Shown: in pieces, positions 1-15,000 of the stretch
Layout: each line of letters opens with the position of its first letter
How positions within the stretch are numbered: the first letter of the stretch is position 1
Assembly: GCA_964035575.1 (NCBI GenBank)
Contig: OZ037834.1
Span: 1,550,001-1,614,000, forward strand
Length of the DNA stretch: 64,000 bases
From: Rhynchopus sp. YZ270_cl-10
Lineage: Eukaryota
Direction: 5' to 3'
Notes under the pieces: generated by a model
Told to the model about the DNA's origin: nothing
Seen by the model: the letters and a program-made list of their open reading frames with translations, nothing else
Database searches by the model: none
Translations under genes and position numbers: made by a program

Positions 1-3000
1 CGCATCCGTTCTAACGCATCCGTTGTAACGCATCCGTTCTAACGCATCCGTTCTCACGCATCCGTTCTAACGCAGCCGTTCTAACGCGTACGTTCTAACG
101 CATCCGTTCTCACGCATCCGTTCTAACGCAGCCGTTCTAACGCGTACGTTCTAACGCATCCGTTCTAACGCATCCGTTCTAACGCAGCCGTTCCAACGCA
201 TCCGTTCTAACGCGTCCGTTGTAACGCATCCGTTCTAACGCATCCGTTCTAACGCGTACGTTCTAACGCATCCGTTCCAACGCGTCCCTTCTCACGCATC
301 CGTTCTAAAGCATCCGTTCTAACGCATCCGTTCTAACGCATCCGTTCTAACGCATCCGTTCTAACGCGTCCGTTGTAACGCATCCGTTCTAACGCATCCG
401 TTCTAACGCGTACGTTCTAACGCATCCGTTCTCACGCATCCGTTCTAACGCATCCGTTCTAACGCATCCGTTCTAACGCGTACGTTCTAACGCATCCGTT
501 CTAACGCATCCGTTCTAACGCAGCCGTTCTAACGCGTACGTTCTCACGCATCCGTTCTAACGCATCCGTTGTAACGCATCCGTTCTAACGCATCCGTTCT
601 AACGCATCCGTTCTAACGCATCCGTTCTAACGCATCCGTTCCAACGCGTCCCTTCTCACGCATCCGTTCTCACGCATCCGTTCTAACGCATCCGTTCTAA
701 CGCATCCGTTCTAACGCATCCGTTCTAACGCATCCGTTCTAACGCGTCCCTTCTCACGCATCCGTTCAAACGCATCCGTTCTAACGCATCCGTTCTAACG
801 CATCCGTTCTAACGCATCCGTTCTAACGCATCCGTTCTAACGCATCCGTTCTAACGCATCCGTTCCAACTCGTCCCTTCTCACGCATCCGTTCTCACGCA
901 TCCGTTCTAACGCATCCGTTCTAACGCATCCGTTCTAACGCGTCCCTTCTCACGCATCCGTTCTCACGCATCCGTTCTAACGCATCCGTTCTAACGCATC
1001 CGTTCTAACGCATCCGTTCCAACGCGTCCCTTCTCACGCATCCGTTCTAACGCATCCGTTCTAACGCGTACGTTCTCACGCATCCGTTCCAACGCATCCG
1101 TTCTAACGCGTCCGTTCTAACGCATACGTTCTAACGCATCCGTTCTCACGCATCCGTTCTAACGCATCCGTTCTAACGCGTACGTTCTCACGCATCCGTT
1201 CCAACGCATCCGTTCTAACGCATACGTTCTAACGCATCCGTTCTCACGCATCCGTTCTAACGCGTACGTTCTCACGCATCCGTTCTAACGCATCCGTTCT
1301 AACGCATCCGTTCTAACGCATCCGTTCTAACGCATCCGTTCTATCGCGTACGTTCTAACGCATCCGTTCTAACGCATCCGTTCTAACGCGTACGTTCTCA
1401 CGCATCCGTTCTAACGCATCCGTTCTAACGCATACGTTCCAACGCGTCCCTTCTCACGCATCCGTTCTCACGCATCCGTTCTAACGCATCCGTTCTAACG
1501 CATCCGTTCTAACGCATCCGTTCCAACGCGTCCCTTCTCACGCATCCGTTCTAACGCATCCGTTCTAACGCGTACGTTCTCACGCATCCGTTCCAACGCA
1601 TCCGTTCTAACGCGTCCGTTCTAACGCATCCGTTCTAACGCATCCGTTCTAACGCATCCGTTCTCACGCATCAGTTCTCACGCGTACGTTCTAACGCATC
1701 CGTTCTCACGCATCCGTTCTAACGCGTACGTTCTCACGCATCCGTTCTAACGCATCCGTTGTAACGCATCCGTTCCAACGCGTCCGTTCTAACGCATCCG
1801 TTCTAACGCGTACGTTCTAACGCATCCGTTCTAACGCATCTGTTCTAACGCATCCGTTCTAACGCATCCGTTCTAACGCGTCCGTTGTAACGCATCCGTT
1901 CTAACGCATCCGTTCTAACGCATCCGTTCTAACGCATCCGTTCTAAAGCATCCGTTCTCACGCATCCGTTCCAACGCGTACGTTCTCACGCATCCGTTCT
2001 AACGCATCCGTTCCAACGCGTCCCTTCTCACGCATCCGTTCTAAAGCATCCGTTCTAACGCATCCGTTCTAACGCATCCGTTCTAACGCATCCGTTCTAT
2101 CGCGTACGTTCTAACGAGTACGTTCTCACGCATCCGTTCTAACGCATCCGTTCTAACGCATCCGTTCCAACGCATCCGTTCTAACGCATCCGTTCTAACG
2201 CATCCGTTCTAACGCGTATGTTCTCACGCATCCGTTCTAACGCATCCGTTCCAACGCATCCGTTCTAACGCATCCGTTCTAACGCATCCGTTCTAACGCA
2301 TCCGTTCTAACGCATCCGTTCCAACGCATCCGTTCTAACGCATCCGTTCTAACGCATCCGTTCTAACGCATCCGTTCTAACGCATCCGTTCTAACGCATC
2401 CGTTCTCACGCATCCGTTCTAACGCATCCGTTCCAACGCATCCGTTCTAACGCATCCGTTCTAACGCATCCGTTCTAACGCATACGTTCTAACGCATCCG
2501 TTCCAACGCATCCGTTCCAACGCATCCGTTCTAACGCATCCGTTCTAACGCATCCGTTCTCACGCATCCGTTCCAACGCGTCCCTTCTCACGCATCCGTT
2601 CTAAAGCATCCGTTCTAACGCATCCGTTCTAACGCATCCGTTCTAACGCATCCGTTCCAACGCATCCGTTCTAACGCATCCGTTCTAACGCATCCGTTCT
2701 AACGCGTCCGTTGTAACGCATCCGTTCTAACGCATCCGTTCTAACGCATCCGTTCCAACGCATCCGTTCTCACGCATCCGTTCTAACGCGTACGTTCTAA
2801 CGCATCCGTTCTCACGCATCCGTTCTAACGCAGCCGTTCTAACGCGTACGTTCTAACGCATCCGTTCTCACGCATCCGTTCTAACGCAGCCGTTCTAACG
2901 CGTACGTTCTAACGCATCCGTTCTAACGCATCCGTTCTAACGCAGCCGTTCCAACGCATCCGTTCTAACGCATCCGTTCTAACGCGTCCGTTGTAACGCA

Positions 3001-6000
3001 TCCGTTCTAACGCATCCGTTCTAACGCGTACGTTCTAACGCATCCGTTCCAACGCGTCCCTTCTCACGCATCCGTTCTAAAGCATCCGTTCTAACGCATC
3101 CGTTCTAACGCATCCGTTCTAACGCATCCGTTCTAACGCGTCCGTTGTAACGCATCCGTTCTAACGCATCCGTTCTAACGCGTACGTTCTAACGCATCCG
3201 TTCTCACGCATCCGTTCTAACGCATCCGTTCTAACGCATCCGTTCTAACGCGTACGTTCTAACGCATCCGTTCTAACGCATCCGTTCTAACGCAGCCGTT
3301 CTAACGCGTACGTTCTCACGCATCCGTTCTAACGCATCCGTTGTAACGCATCCGTTCTAACGCATCCGTTCTAACGCATCCGTTCCAACGCGTCCCTTCT
3401 CACGCATCCGTTCTCACGCATCCGTTCTAACGCATCCGTTCTAACGCATCCGTTCTAACGCATCCGTTCTAACGCATCCGTTCTAACGCGTCCCTTCTCA
3501 CGCATCCGTTCTAACGCATCCGTTCTAACGCGTACGTTCTCACGCATCCGTTCTAACGCATCCGTTCTAACGCGTCCCTTCTCACGCATCCGTTCTCACG
3601 CATCCGTTCTAACGCATCCGTTCTAACGCATCCGTTCTAACGCATCCGTTCTAACGCATCCGTTCTAACGCATCCGTTCCAACGCGTCCCTTCTCACGCA
3701 TCCGTTCTCACGCATCCGTTCTAACGCATCCGTTCTAACGCATCCGTTCTAACGCGTCCCTTCTCACGCATCCGTTCTCACGCATCCGTTCTAACGCATC
3801 CGTTCTAACGCATCCGTTCTAACGCATCCGTTCTAACGCATCCGTTCCAACGCGTCCCTTCTCACGCATCCGTTCTAACGCATCCGTTCTAACGCGTACG
3901 TTCTCACGCATCCGTTCCAACGCATCCGTTCTAACGCGTCCGTTCTAACGCATACGTTCTAACGCATCCGTTCTCACGCATCCGTTCTAACGCATCCGTT
4001 CTAACGCGTACGTTCTCACGCATCCGTTCCAACGCATCCGTTCTAACGCATCCGTTCTAACGCATACGTTCTCACGCATCCGTCCCAACGCATCCGTTCT
4101 CACGCATCCGTTCTAACGCATCCGTTCTATCGCGTACGTTCTCACGCGTACGTTCTCACGCATCCGTCCCAACGCATCCGTTCTCACGCATCCGTTCTAA
4201 CGCATCCGTTCTATCGCGTACGTTCTCACGCGTACGTTCTCACGCATCCGTTCTAACGCATCCGTTCTAACGCATCCGTTCTAACGCATCCGTTCTAACG
4301 CATCCGTTCTAACGCATCCGTTCCAACGCGTCCCTTCTCACGCATCCGTTCTAACGCATCCGTTCTAACGCGTCCGTTCTAACGCATCCGTTCTAACGCA
4401 TCCGTTCTAACGCATCCGTTCTAACGCGTCCGTTCTAACGCATCCGTTCTAACGCATCCGTTCTAACGCATCAGTTCTCACGCATCCGTTCTAACGCATC
4501 CGTTCTCACGCATCCGTTCTAACGCATCCGTTGTAACGCATCCGTTCCAACGCGTCCGTTCTAACGCATCCGTTCTAACGCGTACGTTCTAACGCATCCG
4601 TTCTAACGCATCTGTTCTAACGCGTACGTTCTAACGCATCCGTTCTAACGCATCCGTTCTAACGCGTACGTTCTAACGCATCCGTTCTAACGAGTACGTT
4701 CTCACGCATCCGTTCTAACGCATCCGTTCTTACGCATCCGTTCTAACGCATCCGTTCTAAAGCATCCGTTCTCACGCATCCGTTCCAACGCGTACGTTCT
4801 CACGCATCCGTTCTAACGCATCCGTTCCAACGCGTCCCTTCTCACGCATCCGTTCTAAAGCATCCGTTCTAACGCATCCGTTCTAACGCATCCGTTCTAA
4901 CGCATCCGTTCTAACGCATCCGTTCTCACGCATCCGTTCTAACGCATCCGTTCTAACGCATCCGTTCTAACGCATCCGTTCTAACGCATCCGTTCTAACG
5001 CATCCGTTCTAACGCATCCGTTCCAACGCGTCCCTTCTCACGCATCCGTTCTAACGCATCCGTTCTAACGCGTACGTTCTCACGCATCCGTTCCAACGCA
5101 TCCGTTCTAACGCGTCCGTTCTAACGCATCCGTTCTAACGCATCCGTTCTAACGCATCCGTTCTAACGCGTCCGTTCTAACGCATCCGTTCTAACGCATC
5201 CGTTCTAACGCATACGTTCTCACGCGTACGTTCTAACGCATCCGTTCTCACGCATCCGTTCTAACGCGTACGTTCTCACGCATCCGTTCTAACGCATCCG
5301 TTGTAACGCATCCGTTCCAACGCGTCCGTTCTAACGCATCCGTTCTAACGCGTACGTTCTAACGCATCCGTTCTAACGCATCTGTTCTAACGCATCCGTT
5401 CTAACGCGTACGTTCTCACGCATCCGTTCTAACGCATCCGTTCTTACGCATCCGTTCTAACGCATCCGTTCTAAAGCATCCGTTCTCACGCATCCGTTCC
5501 AACGCGTACGTTCTCACGCATCCGTTCTAACGCATCCGTTCTAACGCGTACGTTCTCACGCATCCGTTCCAACGCATCCGTTCTAACGCGTCCGTTCTAA
5601 CGCATCCGTTCTAACGCATCCGTTCTAACGCGTATGTTCTAACGCATCCGTTCTAACGCGTACGTTCCAACGCATCCGTTCTAACGCATCCGTTCTAACG
5701 CATCCGTTCTAACGCATCCGTTCTAACGCGTCCGTTGTAACGCATCCGTTCTAACGCATCCGTTCTAACGCATCCGTTCCAACGCATCCGTTCTCACGCA
5801 TCCGTTCTAACGCGTACGTTCTAACGCATCCGTTCCAACGCATCCGTTCTATCGCGTACGTTCTATCGCGTACGTTCTAACGCATCCGTTCTAACGCATC
5901 CGTTCTAAAGCATCCGTTCTAACGCATCCGTTCTAACGCATCCGTTCCAACGCATCCGTTCTAACGCATCCGTTCTAACGCATCCGTTCTAACGCGTCCG

Positions 6001-9000
6001 TTGTAACGCATCCGTTCTAACGCATCCGTTCTAACGCATCCGTTCCAACGCATCCGTTCTCACGCATCCGTTCTAACGCGTACGTTCTAACGCATCCGTT
6101 CTCACGCATCCGTTCTAACGCAGCCGTTCTAACGCGTACGTTCTAACGCATCCGTTCTCACGCATCCGTTCTAACGCAGCCGTTCTAACGCGTACGTTCT
6201 AACGCATCCGTTCTAACGCATCCGTTCTAACGCAGCCGTTCCAACGCATCCGTTCTAACGCATCCGTTCTAACGCGTCCGTTGTAACGCATCAGTTCCAA
6301 CGCATCCGTTCTATCGCGTACGTTCTATCGCGTACGTTCTAACGCATCCGTTCTAACGCATCCGTTCTAAAGCATCCGTTCTAACGCATCCGTTCTAACG
6401 CATCCGTTCCAACGCGTCCCTTCTCACGCATCCGTTCTAAAGCATACGTTCTAACGCATCCGTTCCAACGCATCCGTTCCAACGCATCCGTTCTCACGCA
6501 TCCGTTCTCACGCATCCGTTCTAACGCATCCGTTCTCACGCATCCGTTCTAACGCATCCGTTCTAACGCATCCGTTCTAACGCATCCGTTCTATCGCGTA
6601 CGTTCTAACGCGTCCGTTCTAACGCATCCGTTCTATCGCGTACGTTCTAACGCATCCGTTCTAACGCATCCGTTCTAACGCGTACGTTCTAACGCAGCCG
6701 TTCTAACGCATCCGTTCTAAAGCATCCGTTCTAACGCATCCGTTCTATCGCGTACGTTCTAACGCATCCGTTCTAACGCGTACGTTCTCAAGCATCCGTT
6801 CTAACGCATCCGTTCTAACGCATCCGTTCCAACGCGTCCCTTCTCACGCATCCGTTCTCACGCATCCGTTCTAACGCATCCGTTCTAACGCATCCGTTCT
6901 AACGCATCCGTTCTAACGCATCCGTTCCAACGCGTCCCTTCTCACGCATCCGTTCCAACGCATCCGTTCTAACGCGTCCGTTCTAATGCATCCGTTCTAA
7001 CGCATACGTTCTAACGCATCCGTTCTCACGCATCCGTTCTAACGCGTACGTTCTCACGCATCCGTTCTAACGCATCCGTTGTAACGCATCCGTTCCAACG
7101 CGTCCGTTCTAACGCATCCGTTCTAACGCGTACGTTCTAACGCATCCGTTCTAACGCATCCGTTCTAACGCGTACGTTCTCACGCATCCGTTCTAACGCA
7201 TCCGTTCTAACGCATCCGTTCCAACGCGTCCCTTCTCACGCATCCGTTCTCACGCATCCGTTCTAACGCATCCGTTCTAACGCATCCGTTCTAACGCATC
7301 CGTTCCAACGCGTCCCTTCTCACGCATCCGTTCTAACGCATCCGTTCTAACGCGTACGTTCTCACGCATCCGTTCCAACGCATCCGTTCTAACGCGTCCG
7401 TTCTAACGCATCCGTTCTAACGCATCCGTTCTAACGCATCCGTTCTAACGCGTCCGTTCTAACGCATCCGTTCTAACGCATCCGTTCTAACGCATCAGTT
7501 CTCACGCATCCGTTCTAACGCATCCGTTCTCACGCATCCGTTCTAACGCATCCGTTCTAACGCGTCCGTTCTAACGCATCCGTTCTAACGCATCCGTTCT
7601 AACGCATCCGTTCCAACGCGTCCGTTCTAACGCATCCGTTCTAACGCGTACGTTCTAACGCATCCGTTCTAACGCATCTGTTCTAACGCGTACGTTCTAA
7701 CGCATCCGTTCTAACGCATCCGTTCTAACGCGTACGTTCTAACGCATCCGTTCTAACGAGTACGTTCTCACGCATCCGTTCTAACGCATCCGTTCTTACG
7801 CATCCGTTCTAACGCATCCGTTCTAAAGCATCCGTTCTCACGCATCCGTTCCAACGCGTACGTTCTCACGCATCCGTTCTAACGCATCCGTTCCAACGCG
7901 TCCCTTCTCACGCATCCGTTCTAAAGCATCCGTTCTAACGCATCCGTTCTAACGCATCCGTTCTAACGCATCCGTTCTAACGCATCCGTTCTCACGCATC
8001 CGTTCTAACGCGTACGTTCTAACGCATCCGTTCTCACGCATCCGTTCTAACGCATCCGTTCTAACGCATCCGTTCTAACGCATCCGTTCTAACGCATCCG
8101 TTCTAACGCATCCGTTCTAACGCATCCGTTCCAACGCGTCCCTTCTCACGCATCCGTTCTAACGCATCCGTTCTAACGCGTACGTTCTCACGCATCCGTT
8201 CCAACGCATCCGTTCTAACGCGTCCGTTCTAACGCATCCGTTCTAACGCATCCGTTCTAACGCATCCGTTCTAACGCGTCCGTTCTAACGCATCCGTTCT
8301 AACGCATCCGTTCTAACGCATCCGTTCTCACGCGTACGTTCTAACGCATCCGTTCTCACGCATCCGTTCTAACGCGTACGTTCTCACGCATCCGTTCTAA
8401 CGCATCCGTTGTAACGCATCCGTTCCAACGCGTCCGTTCTAACGCATCCGTTCTAACGCGTACGTTCTAACGCATCCGTTCTAACGCATCTGTTCTAACG
8501 CATCCGTTCTAACGCGTACGTTCTCACGCATCCGTTCTAACGCATCCGTTCTTACGCATCCGTTCTAACGCATCCGTTCTAAAGCATCCGTTCTCACGCA
8601 TCCGTTCCAACGCGTACGTTCTCACGCATCCGTTCTAACGCATCCGTTCTAACGCGTACGTTCTCACGCATCCGTTCCAACGCATCCGTTCTAACGCGTC
8701 CGTTCTAACGCATCCGTTCTAACGCATCCGTTCTAACGCGTATGTTCTAACGCATCCGTTCTAACGCGTACGTTCCAACGCATCCGTTCTAACGCATCCG
8801 TTCTAACGCATCCGTTCTAACGCAGCCGTTCTAACGCGTACGTTCTAACGCATCCGTTCCAACGCATCCGTTCTATCGCGTACGTTCTATCGCGTACGTT
8901 CTAACGCATCCGTTCTAACGCATCCGTTCTAAAGCATCCGTTCTAACGCATCCGTTCTAACGCATCCGTTCCAACGCATCCGTTCTAACGCATCCGTTCT

Positions 9001-12000
9001 AACGCATCCGTTCTAACGCATCCGTTCTAACGCATCCGTTCCAACGCATCCGTTCTCACGCATCCGTTCTAACGCGTACGTTCTAACGCATCCGTTCTCA
9101 CGCATCCGTTCTAACGCAGCCGTTCTAACGCGTACGTTCTAACGCATCCGTTCTCACGCATCCGTTCTAACGCAGCCGTTCTAACGCGTACGTTCTAACG
9201 CATCCGTTCTAACGCATCCGTTCTAACGCAGCCGTTCCAACGCATCCGTTCTAACGCATCCGTTCTAACGCGTCCGTTGTAACGCATCCGTTCTAACGCA
9301 TCCGTTCTAACGCGTACGTTCTAACGCATCCGTTCCAACGCGTCCCTTCTCACGCATCCGTTCTAAAGCATCCGTTCTAACGCATCCGTTCTAACGCATC
9401 CGTTCTAACGCATCCGTTCTAACGCGTCCGTTGTAACGCATCCGTTCTAACGCATCCGTTCTAACGCGTACGTTCTAACGCATCCGTTCTCACGCATCCG
9501 TTCTAACGCATCCGTTCTAACGCATCCGTTCTAACGCGTACGTTCTAACGCATCCGTTCTAACGCATCCGTTCTAACGCATCCGTTCCAACGCGTCCCTT
9601 CTCACGCATCCGTTCTAAAGCATCCGTTCTAACGCATCCGTTCTAACGCATCCGTTCTAACGCATCCGTTCTATCGCGTACGTTCTAACGAGTACGTTCT
9701 CACGCATCCGTTCTAACGCGTATGTTCTCACGCATCCGTTCTAACGCATCCGTTCCAACGCATCCGTTCTAACGCATCCGTTCTAACGCATCCGTTCTAA
9801 CGCATCCGTTCTAACGCATCCGTTCTAACGCATCCGTTCTAACGCATCCGTTCTAACGCATCCGTTCTCACGCATCCGTTCTAACGCATCCGTTCCAACG
9901 CATCCGTTCTAACGCATCCGTTCTAACGCATCCGTTCTAACGCATACGTTCTAACGCATCCGTTCCAACGCATCCGTTCTAACGCATCCGTTCTAACGCA
10001 TCCGTTCTCACGCATCCGTTCCAACGCGTCCCTTCTCACGCATCCGTTCTAAAGCATCCGTTCTAACGCATCCGTTCTAACGCATCCGTTCTAACGCATC
10101 CGTTCTAACGCATCCGTTCCAACGCATCCGTTCTATCGCGTACGTTCTAACGCATCCGTTCTAACGCGTACGTTCTAACGCATCCGTTCCAACGCATCCG
10201 TTCTATCGCGTATGTTCTAACGCATCCGTTCTAACGCGTATGTTCTAACGCATCCGTTCTAACGAGTATGTTCTAACGCATCCGTTCTATCGCGTACGTT
10301 CTCACGCATCCGTTCTAACGCATCCGTTCTAACGCGTATGTTCTAACGCATCCGTTCTAACGAGTATGTTCTAACGCATCCGTTCTATCGCGTACGTTCT
10401 CACGCATCCGTTCTAACGCGTACGTTCTCACGCATCCGTCCCAACGCATCCGTTCTCACGCATCCGTTCTAACGCATCCGTTCTATCGCGTACGTTCTAA
10501 CGCGTACGTTCTCACGCATCCGTCCCAACGCATCCGTTCTCACGCATCCGTTCTAACGCATCCGTTCTATCGCGTACGTTCTAACGCATCCGTTCTAACG
10601 CGTACGTTCTCACGCATCCGTCCCAACGCATCCGTTCTCACGCATCCGTTCTAACGCATCCGTTCTATCGCGTACGTTCTAACGCATCCGTTCTAACGCG
10701 TACGTTCTAACGCATCCGTTCCAACGCATCCGTTCTATCGCGTATGTTCTAACGCATCCGTTCTAACGCGTACGTTCTAACGCATCCGTTCTAACGCGTA
10801 CGTTCTCACGCATCCGTTCTAACGCGTATGTTCTAACGCATCCGTTCTAACGCGTACGTTCTAACGCATCCGTTCTCACGCATCCGTTCTAACGCATCCG
10901 TTCTAACGCATCCGTTCTATCGCGTACGTTCTAACGCATCCGTTCTAACGCATCCGTTCTAACGCGTACGTTCTAACGCAGCCGTTCTAACGCATCCGTT
11001 CTCACGCATCCGTTCTAACGCGTATGTTCTAACGCATCCGTTCTAACGCGTACGTTCTCACGCATCCGTCCCAACGCATCCGTTCTCACGCATCCGTTCT
11101 AACGCGTACGTTCTAACGCATCCGTTCTAACGCGTACGTTCTAACGCATCCGTTCCAACGCATCCGTTCTATCGCGTATGTTCTAACGCATCCGTTCTAA
11201 CGCGTACGTTCTAACGCATCCGTTCTAACGCGTACGTTCTAACGCATCCGTTCCAACGCAGCCGTTCTAACGCATCCGTTCTATCGCGTACGTTCTCACG
11301 CATCCGTTCTAACGCGTACGTTCTAACGCATCCGTTCTAACGCATCCGTTCTATCGCGTACGTTCTCACGCATCCGTTCTAACGCGTACGTTCTAACGCA
11401 TCCGTTCTCACGCATCCGTTCTAACGCATCCGTTCTAACGCAGCCGTTCTATCGCGTACGTTCTAACGCATCCGTTCTAACGCATCCGTTCTAACGCGTA
11501 CGTTCTAACGCAGCCGTTCTAACGCATCCGTTCTCACGCATCCGTTCTAACGCGTACGTTCTAACGCATCCGTTCTAACGCATCCGTTCTATCGCGTACG
11601 TTCTCACGCATCCGTTCTAACGCATCCGTTCCAACGCATCCGTTCTAACGCATCCGTTCTAACGCGTCCGTTCTAACGCATCCGTTCTATCGCGTACGTT
11701 CTAACGCATCCGTTCTAACGCGTATGTTCTAACGCGTCCGTTCTAACGCGTACGTTCTAACGCATCCGTTCTAACGCATCCGTTCTATCGCGTACGTTCT
11801 CACGCATCCGTTCTAACGCATCCGTTCCAACGCATCCGTTCTAACGCATCCGTTCTAACGCGTCCGTTCTAACGCATCCGTTCTATCGCGTACGTTCTAA
11901 CGCATCCGTTCTAACGCATCCGTTCTAACGCGTACGTTCTAACGCAGCCGTTCTAACGCATCCGTTCTAAAGCATCCGTTCTAACGCATCCGTTCTATCG

Positions 12001-15000
12001 CGTACGTTCTAACGCATCCGTTCCAACGCATCCGTTCTAACGCATCCGTTCTCACGCATCCGTTCTAACGCATCCGTTCTCACGCATCCGTTCTAACGCA
12101 TCCGTTCTCACGCATCCGTTCTCACGCATCCGTTCTCACGCATCCGTTCTAACGCATCCGTTCTAACGCGTACGTTCTAACGCATCCGTTCCAACGCATC
12201 CGTTCTAACGCATCCGTTCTAACGCATCCGTTCTAACGCATCCGTTCTAACGCATCCGTTCCAACGCATCCGTTCTCACGCATCCGTTCTAACGCGTACG
12301 TTCTAACGCATCCGTTCTCACGCATCCGTTCTAACGCAGCCGTTCTAACGCGTACGTTCTAACGCATCCGTTCTCACGCATCCGTTCTAACGCAGCCGTT
12401 CTAACGCGTACGTTCTAACGCATCCGTTCTAACGCATCCGTTCTAACGCAGCCGTTCCAACGCATCCGTTCTAACGCATCCGTTCTAACGCGTCCGTTGT
12501 AACGCATCCGTTCTAACGCATCCGTTCTAACGCGTACGTTCTAACGCATCCGTTCCAACGCGTCCCTTCTCACGCATCCGTTCTAAAGCATCCGTTCTAA
12601 CGCATCCGTTCTAACGCATCCGTTCTAACGCATCCGTTCTAACGCGTCCGTTGTAACGCATCCGTTCTAACGCATCCGTTCTAACGCGTACGTTCTAACG
12701 CATCCGTTCTCACGCGTACGTTCTAACGCATCCGTTCTAACGCATCCGTTCTAACGCGTACGTTCTAACGCATCCGTTCTAACGCATCCGTTCTAACGCA
12801 GCCGTTCTAACGCGTACGTTCTCACGCATCCGTTCTAACGCATCCGTTGTAACGCATCCGTTCTAACGCATCCGTTCTAACGCATCCGTTCTAACGCATC
12901 CGTTCTAACGCATCCGTTCCAACGCGTCCCTTCTCACGCATCCGTTCTCACGCATCCGTTCTAACGCATCCGTTCTAACGCATCCGTTCTAACGCATCCG
13001 TTCTAACGCATCCGTTCTAACGCGTCCCTTCTCACGCATCCGTTCTAACGCATCCGTTCTAACGCGTACGTTCTCACGCATCCGTTCTAACGCATCCGTT
13101 CTAACGCGTCCCTTCTCACGCATCCGTTCTCACGCATCCGTTCTAACGCATCCGTTCTAACGCATCCGTTCTAACGCATCCGTTCTAACGCATCCGTTCT
13201 AACGCATCCGTTCTAACGCATCCGTTCCAACGCGTCCCTTCTCACGCATCCGTTCTCACGCATCCGTTCTAACGCATCCGTTCTAACGCATCCGTTCTAA
13301 CGCGTCCCTTCTCACGCATCCGTTCTCACGCATCCGTTCTAACGCATCCGTTCTAACGCATCCGTTCTAACGCATCCGTTCTAACGCATCCGTTCCAACG
13401 CGTCCCTTCTCACGCATCCGTTCTAACGCATCCGTTCTAACGCGTACGTTCTCACGCATCCGTTCCAACGCATCCGTTCTAACGCGTCCGTTCTAACGCA
13501 TACGTTCTAACGCATCCGTTCTCACGCATCCGTTCTAACGCATCCGTTCTAACGCGTACGTTCTCACGCATCCGTTCCAACGCATCCGTTCTAACGCATA
13601 CGTTCTAACGCATCCGTTCTCACGCATCCGTTCTAACGCGTACGTTCTCACGCATCCGTTCTAACGCATCCGTTGTAACGCATCCGTTCCAACGCGTCCG
13701 TTCTAACGCATCCGTTCTAACGCATCCGTTCTAACGCATCCGTTCTAACGCATCCGTTCTATCGCGTACGTTCTAACGCATCCGTTCTAACGCATCCGTT
13801 CTAACGCGTACGTTCTCACGCATCCGTTCTAACGCATCCGTTCTAACGCATACGTTCCAACGCGTCCCTTCTCACGCATCCGTTCTCACGCATCCGTTCT
13901 AACGCATCCGTTCTAACGCATCCGTTCTAACGCATCCGTTCCAACGCGTCCCTTCTCACGCATCCGTTCTAACGCATCCGTTCTAACGCGTACGTTCTCA
14001 CGCATCCGTTCCAACGCATCCGTTCTAACGCGTCCGTTCTAACGCATCCGTTCTAACGCATCCGTTCTAACGCATCCGTTCTAACGCGTCCGTTCTAACG
14101 CATCCGTTCTAACGCATCCGTTCTAACGCATCCGTTCTCACGCATCCGTTCCAACGCATCCGTTCTAACGCGTACGTTCTCACGCATCCGTTCCAACGCA
14201 TCCGTTCTAACGCGTCCGTTCTAACGCATCCGTTCTAACGCATCCGTTCTAACGCATCCGTTCTCACGCATCCGTTCTAACGCGTACGTTCTCACGCATC
14301 CGTTCTAACGCATCCGTTGTAACGCATCCGTTCCAACGCGTCCGTTCTAACGCATCCGTTCTAACGCGTACGTTCTAACGCATCCGTTCTAACGCATCTG
14401 TTCTAACGCATCCGTTCTAACGAGTACGTTCTCACGCATCCGTTCTAACGCATCCGTTCTTACGCATCCGTTCTAACGCATCCGTTCTAAAGCATCCGTT
14501 CTCACGCATCCGTTCCAACGCGTACGTTCTCACGCATCCGTTCTAACGCATCCGTTCCAACGCGTCCCTTCTCACGCATCCGTTCTAAAGCATCCGTTCT
14601 AACGCATCCGTTCTAACGCATCCGTTCTAACGCATCCGTTCTATCGCGTACGTTCTAACGAGTACGTTCTCACGCATCCGTTCTAACGCGTATGTTCTCA
14701 CGCATCCGTTCTAACGCATCCGTTCCAACGCATCCGTTCTAACGCATCCGTTCTAACGCATCCGTTCTAACGCATCCGTTCTAACGCATCCGTTCTAACG
14801 CATCCGTTCTAACGCATCCGTTCTAACGCATCCGTTCTAACGCATCCGTTCTCACGCATCCGTTCTAACGCATCCGTTCCAACGCATCCGTTCTAACGCA
14901 TCCGTTCTAACGCATCCGTTCTAACGCATACGTTCTAACGCATCCGTTCCAACGCATCCGTTCTAACGCATCCGTTCTAACGCATCCGTTCTCACGCATC

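Noticed and set aside
1..14. Resemblance of minus-strand ACGGATG to budding-yeast telomeric repeats
   Set aside because: It is only a 7-nt match with no GGTGT core, and nothing else suggests a yeast.
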